Shown: positions 28,933 through 39,413, counted from the stretch's first letter. The stretch is 64,000 nucleotides of DNA from Candidatus Yonathbacteria bacterium (GCA_013334825.1 JAAXWR010000001.1:11769-75768), one strand, 5' to 3'. Numbers and translations are program-made. Notes: generated by a model from the letters alone, not told the origin.

Positions 28933-29202
28933 AGTATTGAGAAAATAAATGAGTATCTGTGTATTATATCACGAGATATCCGAATGCGAATACAGCACAA
29001 GTCATACCAGGGTTTAACCTTGGGAGCATATGCTATACCACCACTAAGAGTTGGTATAAAACGTAGGGTGCTGGATATACGTACGTATTCGTTATTCGTA
29101 AGCATTCTTGAAACTCGTCCGCCCCGTCCTTTCTTAAGAAAGGACGGGGCGGACGCGCGTGCTCCGCGTAGCGGAAACATCGCGGGAAACTTGTCTTCTG
29201 CG

Positions 29203-29694
29203 TCAGTTCCGCGTTTCTTCTGTGTCGTTTTCTATTTCTTGCGTCTCAACATCCGAATCGTCGCCCAACGTCTCTTCCGTGTCAGTTTGGTGACTTTCAG
29301 CTCTGTCTTCTGTCTCTCGCAGCTCGACACTCGACACTCGCGATTCATCCATTTTTCCTATTATCTCTCGTGTCTCCGCGCATTCATTACCAAAACGGTC
29401 TCGCGCGTAGAGTGTAATGATATTAAGCCCAGGGGAGAGGATGTATGTCTCGTTAAAGTGTCCCTGCTCATCAATGAAAATCGGCCGACCGTTCATAGCG
29501 ATAAACGTCGCATTTGTCGCGACACCAAATATATGAATCATTGGTTCCTCAAACGTCGCCCCATTTCCGGGGCCTTCGAGCGCGATACGTGGACCAAGCA
29601 TGAGTGCCCATGCCTGATGTACGACATACACAACTAAGAGAATGCCCAAAAGCACCCACCCCACGCGTATAAATATGTCTTTTAAGGTTACCAT
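29203..29694 (-). CDS. Membrane-anchored Ig-like domain protein with acidic tail
   Basis: N-terminal TM; NGRPIFIDEQGHF..LSPGLNIITLYARDRFGN. Confidence 0.7.
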   Translation of the reverse strand: MVTLKDIFIRVGWVLLGILLVVYVVHQAWALMLGPRIALEGPGNGATFEEPMIHIFGVATNATFIAMNGRPIFIDEQGHFNETYILSPGLNIITLYARDRFGNECAETREIIGKMDESRVSSVELRETEDRAESHQTDTEETLGDDSDVETQEIENDTEETRN

Positions 29695-29741
29695 GAAGAA
29701 AGTGTTCAGTTATCAGTTTCAAGCATTGCCTATTCGCTATT

Positions 29742-30126
29742 TTAATGAGAAGAAAGAGATTGAATAAGTGCATTTAACATTTTTTCAATCTCTGTTATTT
29801 TTGAAATAATTTGCTCATAGTCACTATCTTTTATAAAAGATAATTCTTTTGCGAGGATAATTTCAGTTTTCAATTCAGCAGCTGAGCCATATGCGATACG
29901 AAGAAACTGTGTAAAGTCTTTTTTTTGTACCGCGACACTGTCCCTCGGCAATATTGGAAGAAATTGAAATTGCTGCCCGTTTTATTTGAGAGATCAGTCC
30001 GAATCTTTCATCAAGAGGAAAATATTTTGTTACTGCGTAAACTTCTTTTGCGAGCTGAATGCCTTTTTGCCATACCAAGAGATCTTGATATGAGATACTG
30101 CGTTTATTGTTTAGATACTCAGGCAT
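29742..30126 (-). pseudogene. Four-helix-bundle protein, copy 3, frameshifted in an A8 run
   Basis: N-half in ORF 29875-30126 (YQDLLVWQKG...SNIAEG) and C-half in ORF 29742-29951 (FLRIAYGSAAEL); T8 at 29919-29926, where 7 would restore frame. Confidence 0.85.
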
Positions 30127-30233
30127 ATATGTTATGGAGTTTTGTTAACCATCTTTTTGGATATAGGGTGTGGGGCAAGCGTACGTATTCGTTATTCGTA
30201 AGCATTCTTGAAACTGACAACTTGAAACTCGTT

Positions 30234-32543
30234 CTACTCCCCATACCCTTCAGACTCAACACCCTTTCCCTCCAGCACTTCTCGTGGCTTTGCGCCTTCT
30301 CCCGGTCCCACGACACCACGTTCTTCAAGCATATCCATGAGACGTGCTGCGCGCGCGTATCCAACCTTCAGTTTGCGTTGCAAAAATGATGTGGATGCTT
30401 TTCCTGCTTCAATGACCGTTTGTCGCGCTTCTTCATACATGTCGTCATCGTCATCATCACCAAAGCCACCACCTGCGCCACCACGTTCATCAAGCGACCC
30501 ACTCATGATATCAGCGAGTGAGGATAAGGGCGATACGCCCGAAGGGTCAGAAATGGTAATGTCGTCAAAGTCTCCGCCAGAATACTCTTTGCGCAAGTAT
30601 GACACAATACGTTTGATTTCGTTTTCTGTGACGAATGCCGATTGAATACGCTGTGGTTGAGACATGTCACTTGAAAGATAGAGCATATCACCTGCGCCAA
30701 GAAGTTTTTCTGCGCCACCAGTATCAAGAATGGTACGTGAATCAATCTGCGATGAAACTTGAAGCGCGATACGTCCCGGAACGTTTGCCTTGATAAGACC
30801 GGTGATAACATTGACCGACGGACGCTGTGTGGAGAGAATAAGATGAATACCCACGGCGCGACTCATCTGCGCGAGACGAACAATTGCCGATTCCAATTCA
30901 CGCGGATACGTGGTCATGATGTCAGCGAGCTCATCAATAACGACAACAATATAGGGCATTGCTTCGGGAAGAGCGGCGCCATCGGGTGCGCCGTCATTCT
31001 GAGCAGCTTTATACGCGGGGGCAACAATATTTTCATGGTATGACGCGATATCTCGAACAGACTCTGATTCAAGAATGTCATAGCGACGATCCATTTCCTT
31101 GGCTGCCCATTTGAGAGCGAGGATAGCTTTTTTGGGTTCGGTAATGACAGGCGTCAGTAAGTGGGGGATGCCATTGTACATCGTGAGTTCGACGCGCTTT
31201 GGGTCAATCATGATAAAACGCATGCGCTCTGGACCATTCCTATATATAAGAGAAGCGAGAATGGCATGAATAGTTACCGACTTTCCCGAGCCAGTGGTTC
31301 CCGCGATAAGCATGTGGGGGAGTTTTGCGAGGTTTGCAAAGAACGATTGTCCCGAGATGCCACGTCCAAGAGCAAAGAGGAGAGGCTTTTCCGAACCGAC
31401 AAATTCAGGCGCGGAAAGAAGTTTTGCCAAGCCGATAGTACTGCGTGCCGAGTTAGGAACTTCAATACCGACAAGAGACTTGCCGGGAATAGGTGCTTCG
31501 ATACGTACAGGATGTGCCGCCAGAGCGAGACCGAGGTCGTTTTGGAGTCCGACAATGCGCGAGAGCTTGACCCCTTCGGCAGGTTTCAAAGCGTAACGAG
31601 TAACAGTTGGACCAACAGAAATTTCATCCATCTCAACGGTGATACCAAAGTTTTGCAGTGTGCGTTTGATGATGTTGGCGTTTGCCTTGATGTCTCCAAC
31701 TTCTGGTTTACCCTTGTCTACCGAAAGGAGAGAGACGGGTGGAGGAAGATACGTGCGATTCTGAAGAGGGTATGCACTCGTTGCCATTTTAGGAAGTTCT
31801 TCTTCGTCTTTTTTCTTTTTTCCAAAAAATCCTTGTGTGGGAGATGGTTCTTCCGGTGGAGTGTGCTCATCAGCAACTGGCGTAGGGGGGACGGGAGTGA
31901 GGGTATCTTCTTCTGTATCAGGGACAGTGATGAATGTGCCATCCTCTTCGTCCGACTTGGTACGGTTGCGAAAACGAAGAAGCCATGAGAGGGGAGGTCG
32001 TTCGGGTGAGAGCGGTTTATCAAAGATGAGGAGAAGAGAGATGATGATAAATGCAATGAGAAAGACCGATGCTGCGACCGCGTCAAAAAGTTTTACGAGA
32101 GGAGAGGCGAGCACTTTTCCAAGCCATCCACCGCCGGTGTTTCCTGAAAGAATGGAAGTGAGTCCAAGCGCAGAGACGAAGAAGAGAACTGCTCCCAGAG
32201 TTTTTGGCAGTGCAATGTGTTCGCGGGCATCTTCTGCGTCAAAGAGAGATGCTCCAACGAGGAAAAAGATGATAGGGAGGAACACATACCCTAACCCAAA
32301 GAATGCATCAAGTTCATCGAATGTAAATGTTCCCGCCATGCCTGCGATACCGAGTGCTGCGAGAATAAAAAAAACGCCGAGCACAAAAAAAAGAATACCG
32401 AGCATGCTACGTTTTGTCTCGCGTTTGATATTGAGACGAGGAGTTTTTTCTCCATTTGTATCAGATGATGTTCCGCGTTTTTTGACCGGAACGGGCGCCG
32501 GTTTCTTTTTTGGGGATTGTTTTTTAGAATCGTTTTTTGCCAT
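30234..32543 (-). CDS. ftsK: DNA translocase FtsK/SpoIIIE
   Basis: 4TM N-terminus; AGTTGSGKS, IDPKRVEL, IDELAD, gamma domain STSFLQRKLKVGYARAARL. Confidence 0.97.
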   Translation of the reverse strand: MAKNDSKKQSPKKKPAPVPVKKRGTSSDTNGEKTPRLNIKRETKRSMLGILFFVLGVFFILAALGIAGMAGTFTFDELDAFFGLGYVFLPIIFFLVGASLFDAEDAREHIALPKTLGAVLFFVSALGLTSILSGNTGGGWLGKVLASPLVKLFDAVAASVFLIAFIIISLLLIFDKPLSPERPPLSWLLRFRNRTKSDEEDGTFITVPDTEEDTLTPVPPTPVADEHTPPEEPSPTQGFFGKKKKDEEELPKMATSAYPLQNRTYLPPPVSLLSVDKGKPEVGDIKANANIIKRTLQNFGITVEMDEISVGPTVTRYALKPAEGVKLSRIVGLQNDLGLALAAHPVRIEAPIPGKSLVGIEVPNSARSTIGLAKLLSAPEFVGSEKPLLFALGRGISGQSFFANLAKLPHMLIAGTTGSGKSVTIHAILASLIYRNGPERMRFIMIDPKRVELTMYNGIPHLLTPVITEPKKAILALKWAAKEMDRRYDILESESVRDIASYHENIVAPAYKAAQNDGAPDGAALPEAMPYIVVVIDELADIMTTYPRELESAIVRLAQMSRAVGIHLILSTQRPSVNVITGLIKANVPGRIALQVSSQIDSRTILDTGGAEKLLGAGDMLYLSSDMSQPQRIQSAFVTENEIKRIVSYLRKEYSGGDFDDITISDPSGVSPLSSLADIMSGSLDERGGAGGGFGDDDDDDMYEEARQTVIEAGKASTSFLQRKLKVGYARAARLMDMLEERGVVGPGEGAKPREVLEGKGVESEGYGE

Positions 32544-32950
32544 ATACACATCATGATACCATAAATAGGGAAGAGAATGAAAAAACAGTGTTATCCGTTT
32601 TCGCCCGTCATCCCGAGCTCCACGCCTTGCCGAAGCCTTGGCGAAGGAAGGTAATGTAAGATTTAGAGTTGCAAGTCGCCAAAACGTTAGGTTAAACCTA
32701 GCGGCGCTCCGCTAGGTTTAACCTAACGTTTTTATTCGTATATTCGTTCGTAAGCATTCTTGAAACTGACAACTTGAAACTCATCCACACTCATTCCCCT
32801 TGCCCCTCTCGATTCACTGTGTTCCACTCCATGCAATGCTCTTGAATCAATTGAGAACGCATGTATAATGGACAAGTCTTTAAGTGTCCGAGAACGTCCG
32901 TAAGAGCTCACGGACACAATTTCTCAAGGACACAGACACTAACGGACATT

Positions 32951-33862
32951 ATGGATACAAAAAAGGACATGAGAGAAACGGACTCATATCGTCGTGATAC
33001 GATGTCCGATATAAATACTCAATCTCCCGTTGCGTACAATAACCGCAATGAGTTTTCGCTTCTCTGTCTCAAAAGGACAGAACGTCTTTCCGCCGCGCTC
33101 TACATGGTAACGGGACTCATCCCCGATGCAGAACCTCTCAAATGGCGTCTTCGTGAAAAGACACTTGTCCTTTTGACTGACATGGCAATCATCCGCGAAA
33201 CACTTACTGCCGATAGAATGTCCGTTATGAATCGCGCGCGTGACACCATCACTGAACTCGCAACACTTCTCAATGTTGCATTTGCAGGAGACCTTTTATC
33301 AGAAATGAATGTTGCGGTACTCAAAAAAGAATATATGATACTCAACGATATATTAGAAGAAGGGAGACAGATGGCATCAAGCACCGAACGAGTAGTGGGC
33401 GATTTATTTAAAGAGCAATACACAATGACATCGCTCAATAATACCGAGCGTGCGACGGAGTCTGTTATCCTCAAAGCCGAAACTCTTAAAGGACATATAA
33501 AGGACATTGAAAGAATGTCCGATAGAAAAATGTCCGATAGAAAAGATGTCCTTTATACAAAAGAACGTCCGATAATGTCCTTTACGAAAGAGACAAACGC
33601 ACATGAAGAATATACAACACACCAGCCTGTAATAGAAAAAGAGATAGAAAAAACAAAGCCAATAGCAGATATCAAAAATCAAAGGCGAAATGAAATTATT
33701 GCCGTCATAAAGAAAAAGAAACACGTCGCTATAAAGGACATTACACTTCTTGTCCGTAATGTCGGTGAAAAGACAATACAGCGCGAAATCACTGCAATGG
33801 TCGAAGAAGGTGTCCTTAAGAAGCAGGGAAGTAAACGTTGGAGCACCTACTCCCTCGCGTAA
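32951..33862 (+). CDS. Hypothetical protein: helical-bundle N-domain plus C-terminal DeoR-like winged HTH
   Basis: ERLSAALYMVTGLIPDAEPLKWRLR; RRNEIIAVIKK..VAIKDI..VGEKTIQREI..GVLKKQGSKRWSTY. Confidence 0.75.
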   Translation: MDTKKDMRETDSYRRDTMSDINTQSPVAYNNRNEFSLLCLKRTERLSAALYMVTGLIPDAEPLKWRLREKTLVLLTDMAIIRETLTADRMSVMNRARDTITELATLLNVAFAGDLLSEMNVAVLKKEYMILNDILEEGRQMASSTERVVGDLFKEQYTMTSLNNTERATESVILKAETLKGHIKDIERMSDRKMSDRKDVLYTKERPIMSFTKETNAHEEYTTHQPVIEKEIEKTKPIADIKNQRRNEIIAVIKKKKHVAIKDITLLVRNVGEKTIQREITAMVEEGVLKKQGSKRWSTYSLA

Positions 33863-33899
33863 ATGATAAGTATAAAAACTGTCGTTCTAAACCCACTCG

Positions 33900-34370
33900 T
33901 TCGTCATCCATTCCAGTCTGTCATCCCGGGCTCCGTGCCTTGCCGAAGCCTTGGCGAAGGAAGGTGACACGGGATCCAGAGTCGTCAGTTTCATCCATCT
34001 TAGTTTAGTTGTATTCGTACATTCGTACGTATTCGTTATTCGTAACCATTCTTGAAACTCGTCATGGAACTCGTTTCATTGACTTTATACCATAAAAAAA
34101 CTATAATAAAAGGAGATATTTTGTTGTTTAAAAACCACATCATTTTCGTGTCATAACAAACTCGTTTCATCATTCGTCGAGTCGTCCTTGAGAGTCTGTC
34201 GTTCTGAACTTTTTACCTTCCCGAAGCCTTGGCGAGGGAAGGTGATTCAGGATCCAGAGTCATCAGTTTCATCTATCGTAGTCTAGTCGTATTCGTACAT
34301 TCGTACGTATTCGTTATTCGTAAGCATTCTTGAAACTTGAAACTTGAAACTGACAACTGACAACTCGTCT
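33900..34370. repeat. Cluster of composite/nested palindromic repeats
   Basis: Two copies of GTCATCC..[CCTTGCCGAAGCCTTGGCGAAGGAAGG]..GGATCC followed by TATTCGT and CTTGAAA units. Confidence 0.75.
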
Positions 34371-34782
34371 TCATTGCACAAGTGCGATGAAGAATGTAGT
34401 TATCCACACGAAAATCTTTGCGGTATAACGAACGGCAAAATATAATGTATACAGATACACATTGTTCCATTTTCTCTCGACGGATGCTCTGCATCCGTGT
34501 GTGGTCGTAGGGGACGATGTGTATGCACGGGATGCTCGTTGACAACAGAACAAACGGCGCTACCAAAGAGTAACAGCGACTGTCATCCGATTGCGCAAGC
34601 AATCGTGTTGTCATCGTCATCCGCGCCGACTCGTCTTACGACGGTCGCCGTGTATGTCATTATTATCAAACTCTTTTATTATCAGCTGTAACTGATATCG
34701 GTAAGTCGCGCCACCGCATAAGCGAAGGACAAAGAAAAGACCAACACTTAATGTTGGTCTCAAAGAAGTCTCAGCGAAGTCT

Positions 34783-34965
34783 GTCATCCTGAACTTTTTA
34801 CCTTGCCGAAGCCTTGGCGAAGGAAGGTGATTCAGGATCCACGGAGTCGTCCGTCGTTTCGTTTCTTGAAACTTGTCCGTCCCGCCCTTTCTTAAGAAAG
34901 GGCGGGACGGACCCGCGCGCTCTGCGTAGCAGAGACGTCGCGGGAAACTGACAACTTGAAACTCG
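34783..34965. repeat. Composite palindromic repeats in the leader of the S-layer-like gene
   Basis: Nested GTCATCCTGAAC/GATTCAGGATCC element, then GTCCGTCCCGCCCTTTCTTAAGAAAGGGCGGGACGGAC palindrome (variant at 29117-29155). Confidence 0.75.
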
Positions 34966-35145
34966 TCAAGTCATTCGCTCATGCGGTGTCGCGATGCACA
35001 CCGAACTAATTAGTTACAGGTAAGTGTGCACGGAATCATCGACAATGTCGAAGTCGACCTTCTCCGTACACATGTGCTCTTCACCTGCGCGCGTCTCGCA
35101 AGAAACGCGCGTCCGAAGATCATCGCATTATCATCAATCTATCAT

Positions 35146-38100
35146 ATGAGTACTCAATCCAAATTCTCGAAGTTGGTTGCAGGTCTCGTGGGGTTTTCTA
35201 CAGCCTTCATGATGATCGGCACCGCTTCAGTTGCGGAAGCTGCTGCTTTGACACAGAGCCAAATTGACGCCATCGTCTCTTTGCTCCAGTCATTCGGCGC
35301 GGACTCGCAAACCATTGCGAACGTCCAAGCTTCTCTTTCAGGTGGCACTCCGACCGGCGGTTCTACTACCGGCGGAACCACAACAGGTACGTGTGCGTAC
35401 ACATTCGCCACGAACTTGAAACAAGGTATGACAAGCACCGATGTGATGAACCTCCAAAAGGTTCTGAACAAAAACGCTGCCACCCAAGTTGCCGCCACGG
35501 GCGTCGGCTCAGCGGGTAATGAATCCACGTACTTTGGTGCAATGACCAAAGCCGCCGTTGTAAAGTTCCAAGAACTTTACGCAGCTGACATTCTTACACC
35601 GGTCGGTTTGACCGCGGGTAACGGATATGTCGGTGCGGGCACACGTGCCAAATTGAACGCGGTATGCGCGGGTGGCTCCACAACAGGTGGTTCCACTACG
35701 ACCGGTACAGGCGTGACGGTTTCTTCCGCCACCCAGCCGGCAAACTCGCTCGCGATTGAAAACGCGGCAAATCTTCCGTTTACCAAATTTACGCTCACCA
35801 ACAACGGTTCGTCCGATGCAACGGTGAACAGCGTAACAGTTGAACTCCAAGGTTTGGCTCAAAAGAGCGCGTTTGACAGCGTTGTCCTCTTGGACAATGA
35901 TGGTCAACGCATCGGTCGCGCGCGTTCGTTGAATTCCAACGATCAAGCGACCATCGGCGAAGCAGTCGTCATCAAGGCGGGTGCTTCCAAAACATTCACC
36001 GTCGCTGCAAATATGGATGCAGACCTTGCTTCTGAAGCAGGTGAAGTCGCCAATTTTGCGGTTGTTGCCGTGAATACGAGTGCAACCGTTTCTGGTTCAC
36101 TCCCGATCGTCGGTGCAAGCCACACAACTAACGCGACACTCGCGATGGGAACGGCTGTTATCGATGAAGGTTCCAACCAACCGAATGACAACGATGACGT
36201 TGAAGTTGGTGACGAGAAAGAAGTTCTCGCCTCTGTTCAAGTTGAAGCTGGTTCTGCTGAAGACGTTTCTGTCAAGAGCATCCGCTTCTACCAAACAGGT
36301 TCCGTTTCTTCCTCTGACCTTTCAGGTTTGAAGATTGAAGCAGATGGCGATGACTACACCGTTTCTGTATCATCTGACGGCAAGTACTACACCGCTACTT
36401 TTGGAAATGGTATCACCATTGAAGAAGGTCGTGATTTGGACTTCAAGCTCGTTGGAGATATTGACTCCGGTTCTGGTCGCACGATTGAATTCGAAATCGA
36501 TGAAAACACTGACGTCGTTGTTGTAGGCAAGACCTATGGCTACGGTATCACCCCGACGGGAACATTTACGTCTTCAACACTCGATATTACGGGTGGAGAA
36601 TTCCAATCGTTCTCTCGCGACAATGAAACATCTTCGGCAAATGTTGCCGTTGAGAAGTCTGGTGAAGTGCTCGGTGGATTCCTTATCGAACTCACTGGTG
36701 AAGCCATCAATGTTGATGACATGACGATCTATGTTGATCTTACCAATGCCGGTGGCGCAGCTGCCGATGTTGCAGACATCACAAACGTCAAACTCGTTGA
36801 CGAAGACGGTACTGTCCTTGCTGGACCAGTTGATGGTGATTCCACCAACTCTGGTGCACATGAAGGTTCCATTCTCTTTACAAACGTTACTATCCCGTCC
36901 GGTGAGACTCGTCTTATCGTAACAGGAGAACTCGGTGACGCGTTTGGAACAAACGAAACTGTTATCCTTTCTACAAATCCTTCAACGGATTGGGACGATG
37001 TCCGCGGTGAAGACACCAACGATGCCGCCACCTTGCCGAACGTAACCGTAAGCGCCCACACCATGACGGTGAAAGCCGCTTCTCTTACCGTACGCAATCT
37101 TGCCACACCGGCCGCGCAAAACGTGGTTGCTGGTATGAAGGACTTCGTCTTTGCCAAGGCAGCGCTTGACGCGCAGGATTCTGGTGAAGATGTCGAAGTA
37201 ACAAGCATTACTGTTGATGTTGCAGTTGCCGATGACGCCACTGTTGGTGATCTCGACAATATGGAAATCTGGACATTGAAGTCCGACGGTTCCCTCAATG
37301 TCAAAGTATCTGATACCAAGAACATCACCGCAGCTTCAACTGCATTCGATCTCCGCAGCGACATCGTTGTTGCCAAGGGAACGACTGTAAACGTTGCAAT
37401 CGTTGCCGACATTTCAAGCGGTGCGACACGTAACGGTGATGCAGGTGATACATGGACTGTTGACGTTTCTGACGCTGAAGCCGAAGGTGCCACATCCAAT
37501 GTGGATGCCGACCCGTCTTCAATCGGTGGTACGAACGGTCAAGCAATGACGCTTGCCGAGAATGCTACTGTTGCAGTAACTATCGACTCTACATCTCCTG
37601 AAGCAACCTTCGTACTTGATGGTTCTGAAACAACTCTTGCAGTCTTCCAATTCGAAGAAACTGCGAACGTTGAAGATGTTAACCTCGAGAAGATTACCCT
37701 CGATGTAAACCCAGGTGTTGATGATGCCGTGGATACCTACAAGGTATACAAGGGCTCAACACTTGTTGGTGAAGCTTCCGGCGGTTCTGCTGACGTTGCA
37801 ATCACATTGAACAATGTGGTCATCGCCAAGAACAGCAAGGTTGATCTCACCATCAAGGGTGTGATGGCAGATGTTGACGGAACAACCGTACAAAACGGTG
37901 ATACTGTCGCCCTCTACGTCACTGCGTACGAAGCAACAGGCAAGACTTCTGGAACGTCTCTTGACTCTTCCGCGAACTCTTCCTCTGCTGCAACGCACAC
38001 CTTGTACGAAGCATACCCGACCGTTGCCTTTGACAACACGGGTGTGAGCACGACTCTTGTGAACAATGCCAATCATTTGCTCGCCAAGATCAAAGTAACG

Positions 38101-38517
38101 AACAATGGTTCTGAAGATGTCACGTTCAACAACGCTGACACGAACACATTGACCGTTCAGATCAACAGCGTCAGCGATGACTCTGACACTGCCGCAGCCG
38201 AAGCGCTTTCTCTCCGCGATGAGAATGGAAACATTCTTGACAGCAACCAGACGTTCAACAACGTCACTGGTGCGGAAGTAACCTTCAACCTCGACGGTGC
38301 CTACACGGCAGGACTCACAGTTGGTCCGAACTCGTCCAAGTACTTCTACCTCTACGCTGATACCTCTGATCATGAAGATGACGGAGACAGCATCCAGGTA
38401 TGGCTTGACGACACCGCTGGTGACCTCGTCTTCGGTATTGACAGCACGGGTGCTTACAACGCTGGAGCGGTTGCCTTCAAGGGTGATCTCTACGGTCCGA
38501 CCCACGTCAATCCGTAA
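35146..38517 (+). CDS. S-layer-like/major cell-surface protein with peptidoglycan-binding domain
   Basis: Signal peptide; DVMNLQKVLN...YFGAMTKAAVVKFQ...GYVGAGTRAKLN PG-binding motif; acidic Thr/Val/Asp-rich beta repeats; strong C-ending codon bias. Confidence 0.8.
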   Translation: MSTQSKFSKLVAGLVGFSTAFMMIGTASVAEAAALTQSQIDAIVSLLQSFGADSQTIANVQASLSGGTPTGGSTTGGTTTGTCAYTFATNLKQGMTSTDVMNLQKVLNKNAATQVAATGVGSAGNESTYFGAMTKAAVVKFQELYAADILTPVGLTAGNGYVGAGTRAKLNAVCAGGSTTGGSTTTGTGVTVSSATQPANSLAIENAANLPFTKFTLTNNGSSDATVNSVTVELQGLAQKSAFDSVVLLDNDGQRIGRARSLNSNDQATIGEAVVIKAGASKTFTVAANMDADLASEAGEVANFAVVAVNTSATVSGSLPIVGASHTTNATLAMGTAVIDEGSNQPNDNDDVEVGDEKEVLASVQVEAGSAEDVSVKSIRFYQTGSVSSSDLSGLKIEADGDDYTVSVSSDGKYYTATFGNGITIEEGRDLDFKLVGDIDSGSGRTIEFEIDENTDVVVVGKTYGYGITPTGTFTSSTLDITGGEFQSFSRDNETSSANVAVEKSGEVLGGFLIELTGEAINVDDMTIYVDLTNAGGAAADVADITNVKLVDEDGTVLAGPVDGDSTNSGAHEGSILFTNVTIPSGETRLIVTGELGDAFGTNETVILSTNPSTDWDDVRGEDTNDAATLPNVTVSAHTMTVKAASLTVRNLATPAAQNVVAGMKDFVFAKAALDAQDSGEDVEVTSITVDVAVADDATVGDLDNMEIWTLKSDGSLNVKVSDTKNITAASTAFDLRSDIVVAKGTTVNVAIVADISSGATRNGDAGDTWTVDVSDAEAEGATSNVDADPSSIGGTNGQAMTLAENATVAVTIDSTSPEATFVLDGSETTLAVFQFEETANVEDVNLEKITLDVNPGVDDAVDTYKVYKGSTLVGEASGGSADVAITLNNVVIAKNSKVDLTIKGVMADVDGTTVQNGDTVALYVTAYEATGKTSGTSLDSSANSSSAATHTLYEAYPTVAFDNTGVSTTLVNNANHLLAKIKVTNNGSEDVTFNNADTNTLTVQINSVSDDSDTAAAEALSLRDENGNILDSNQTFNNVTGAEVTFNLDGAYTAGLTVGPNSSKYFYLYADTSDHEDDGDSIQVWLDDTAGDLVFGIDSTGAYNAGAVAFKGDLYGPTHVNP

Positions 38518-38604
38518 TCCGTTTGTTCATGATACGAAACGCGCAAGCGTAACGTAACAGAGCAATATTCCTTGCCCTAAAAAGCAGGAAGGGGAGCAAT
38601 CCCC

Positions 38605-38634
38605 AACAAAAACCCCCGCAAGGGGGTTTTTGTT
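38605..38634 (+). terminator. Intrinsic terminator after S-layer-like gene
   Basis: AACAAAAACCCCC-GCAA-GGGGGTTTTTGTT. Confidence 0.85.
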
Positions 38635-38969
38635 ATGTCCCAATCTGCCATACCAAAGCCCACACCAACTCTTCCAACAGTCTGTTTCCCGTACCAAGGT
38701 TAAACCTTGGTAGCGTCGTCCGTCATCCTGAAAAAAGGAGTGTCATCCTGAACTCGATTCAGGATCCACGAAGTCGTCAGTTTCATCTATCGTAGTCTAG
38801 TCGTATTCGTACATTCCCCAGCACCACGTAGGGCGCGGGGCAGGCGTACGTATTCGTTATTCGTTTCCCGTATCAAGGTTAAACTTTGGTAAAAATTCTT
38901 TGACATCCTTAAAATATATGGTAATATGGTAGACGGTAAATAGTACATAACATAAAAAAATTGCAAATC

Positions 38970-39413
38970 ATGGATAATCTATTGTTGCTCGCTGTACAGG
39001 CGATTGTTGGAGGTATTCTCTATTGTGTGAGATTCCCTCAAAAAAAGTATGACATGGCACGCGTTATTACGTATGCCATAGTGTACGTTGCAATGGTCGG
39101 GGAAGCCCTGGGACTTCTCTTTGGACTTTTTTTAGAGGGGGCAATTTTTTCCTCCATGACAATGTTGCTCTTTATCGTCTTCGCATTTTCAATGCGGGGA
39201 TGGGACATTGTCGCCAACGATATCATGGCGAAAACGGGTGCAAATTTTTTTTCCGTGCATATGTGCATGGGAAGCATCGCACTCATTTCGCTCACTGGAA
39301 CTATCCTTGGTCCGGTGATCATGATTATGTTTGCAGCAATTTTTACAGGGGCCATCGTGTTTTTCATGGTGATGCTCTCTGCATTTATCGCCCCGCATAT
39401 TGCGGGGAAGTGA
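38970..39413 (+). CDS. Hypothetical membrane protein
   Basis: Hydrophobic multi-TM; TTGACA promoter upstream and terminator at ~39428-39453. Confidence 0.7.
   Translation: MDNLLLLAVQAIVGGILYCVRFPQKKYDMARVITYAIVYVAMVGEALGLLFGLFLEGAIFSSMTMLLFIVFAFSMRGWDIVANDIMAKTGANFFSVHMCMGSIALISLTGTILGPVIMIMFAAIFTGAIVFFMVMLSAFIAPHIAGK

Noticed and set aside
28984-29637. 217-aa plus-strand ORF
   Set aside because: Made of repeat sequence plus the antisense of the 29203-29694 gene.
22986-30126. Diversity-generating retroelement, suggested by Avd-like proteins
   Set aside because: No reverse transcriptase in the window, and no repeat pair clearly differing only at adenines was recognised.
34400-34450. Replication origin
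   Set aside because: Only single DnaA boxes; no box cluster and no dnaA/dnaN nearby.
36729-38505. Long antisense ORFs (256 and 249 aa)
   Set aside because: Expected by-product of strong codon bias in the S-layer-like gene.
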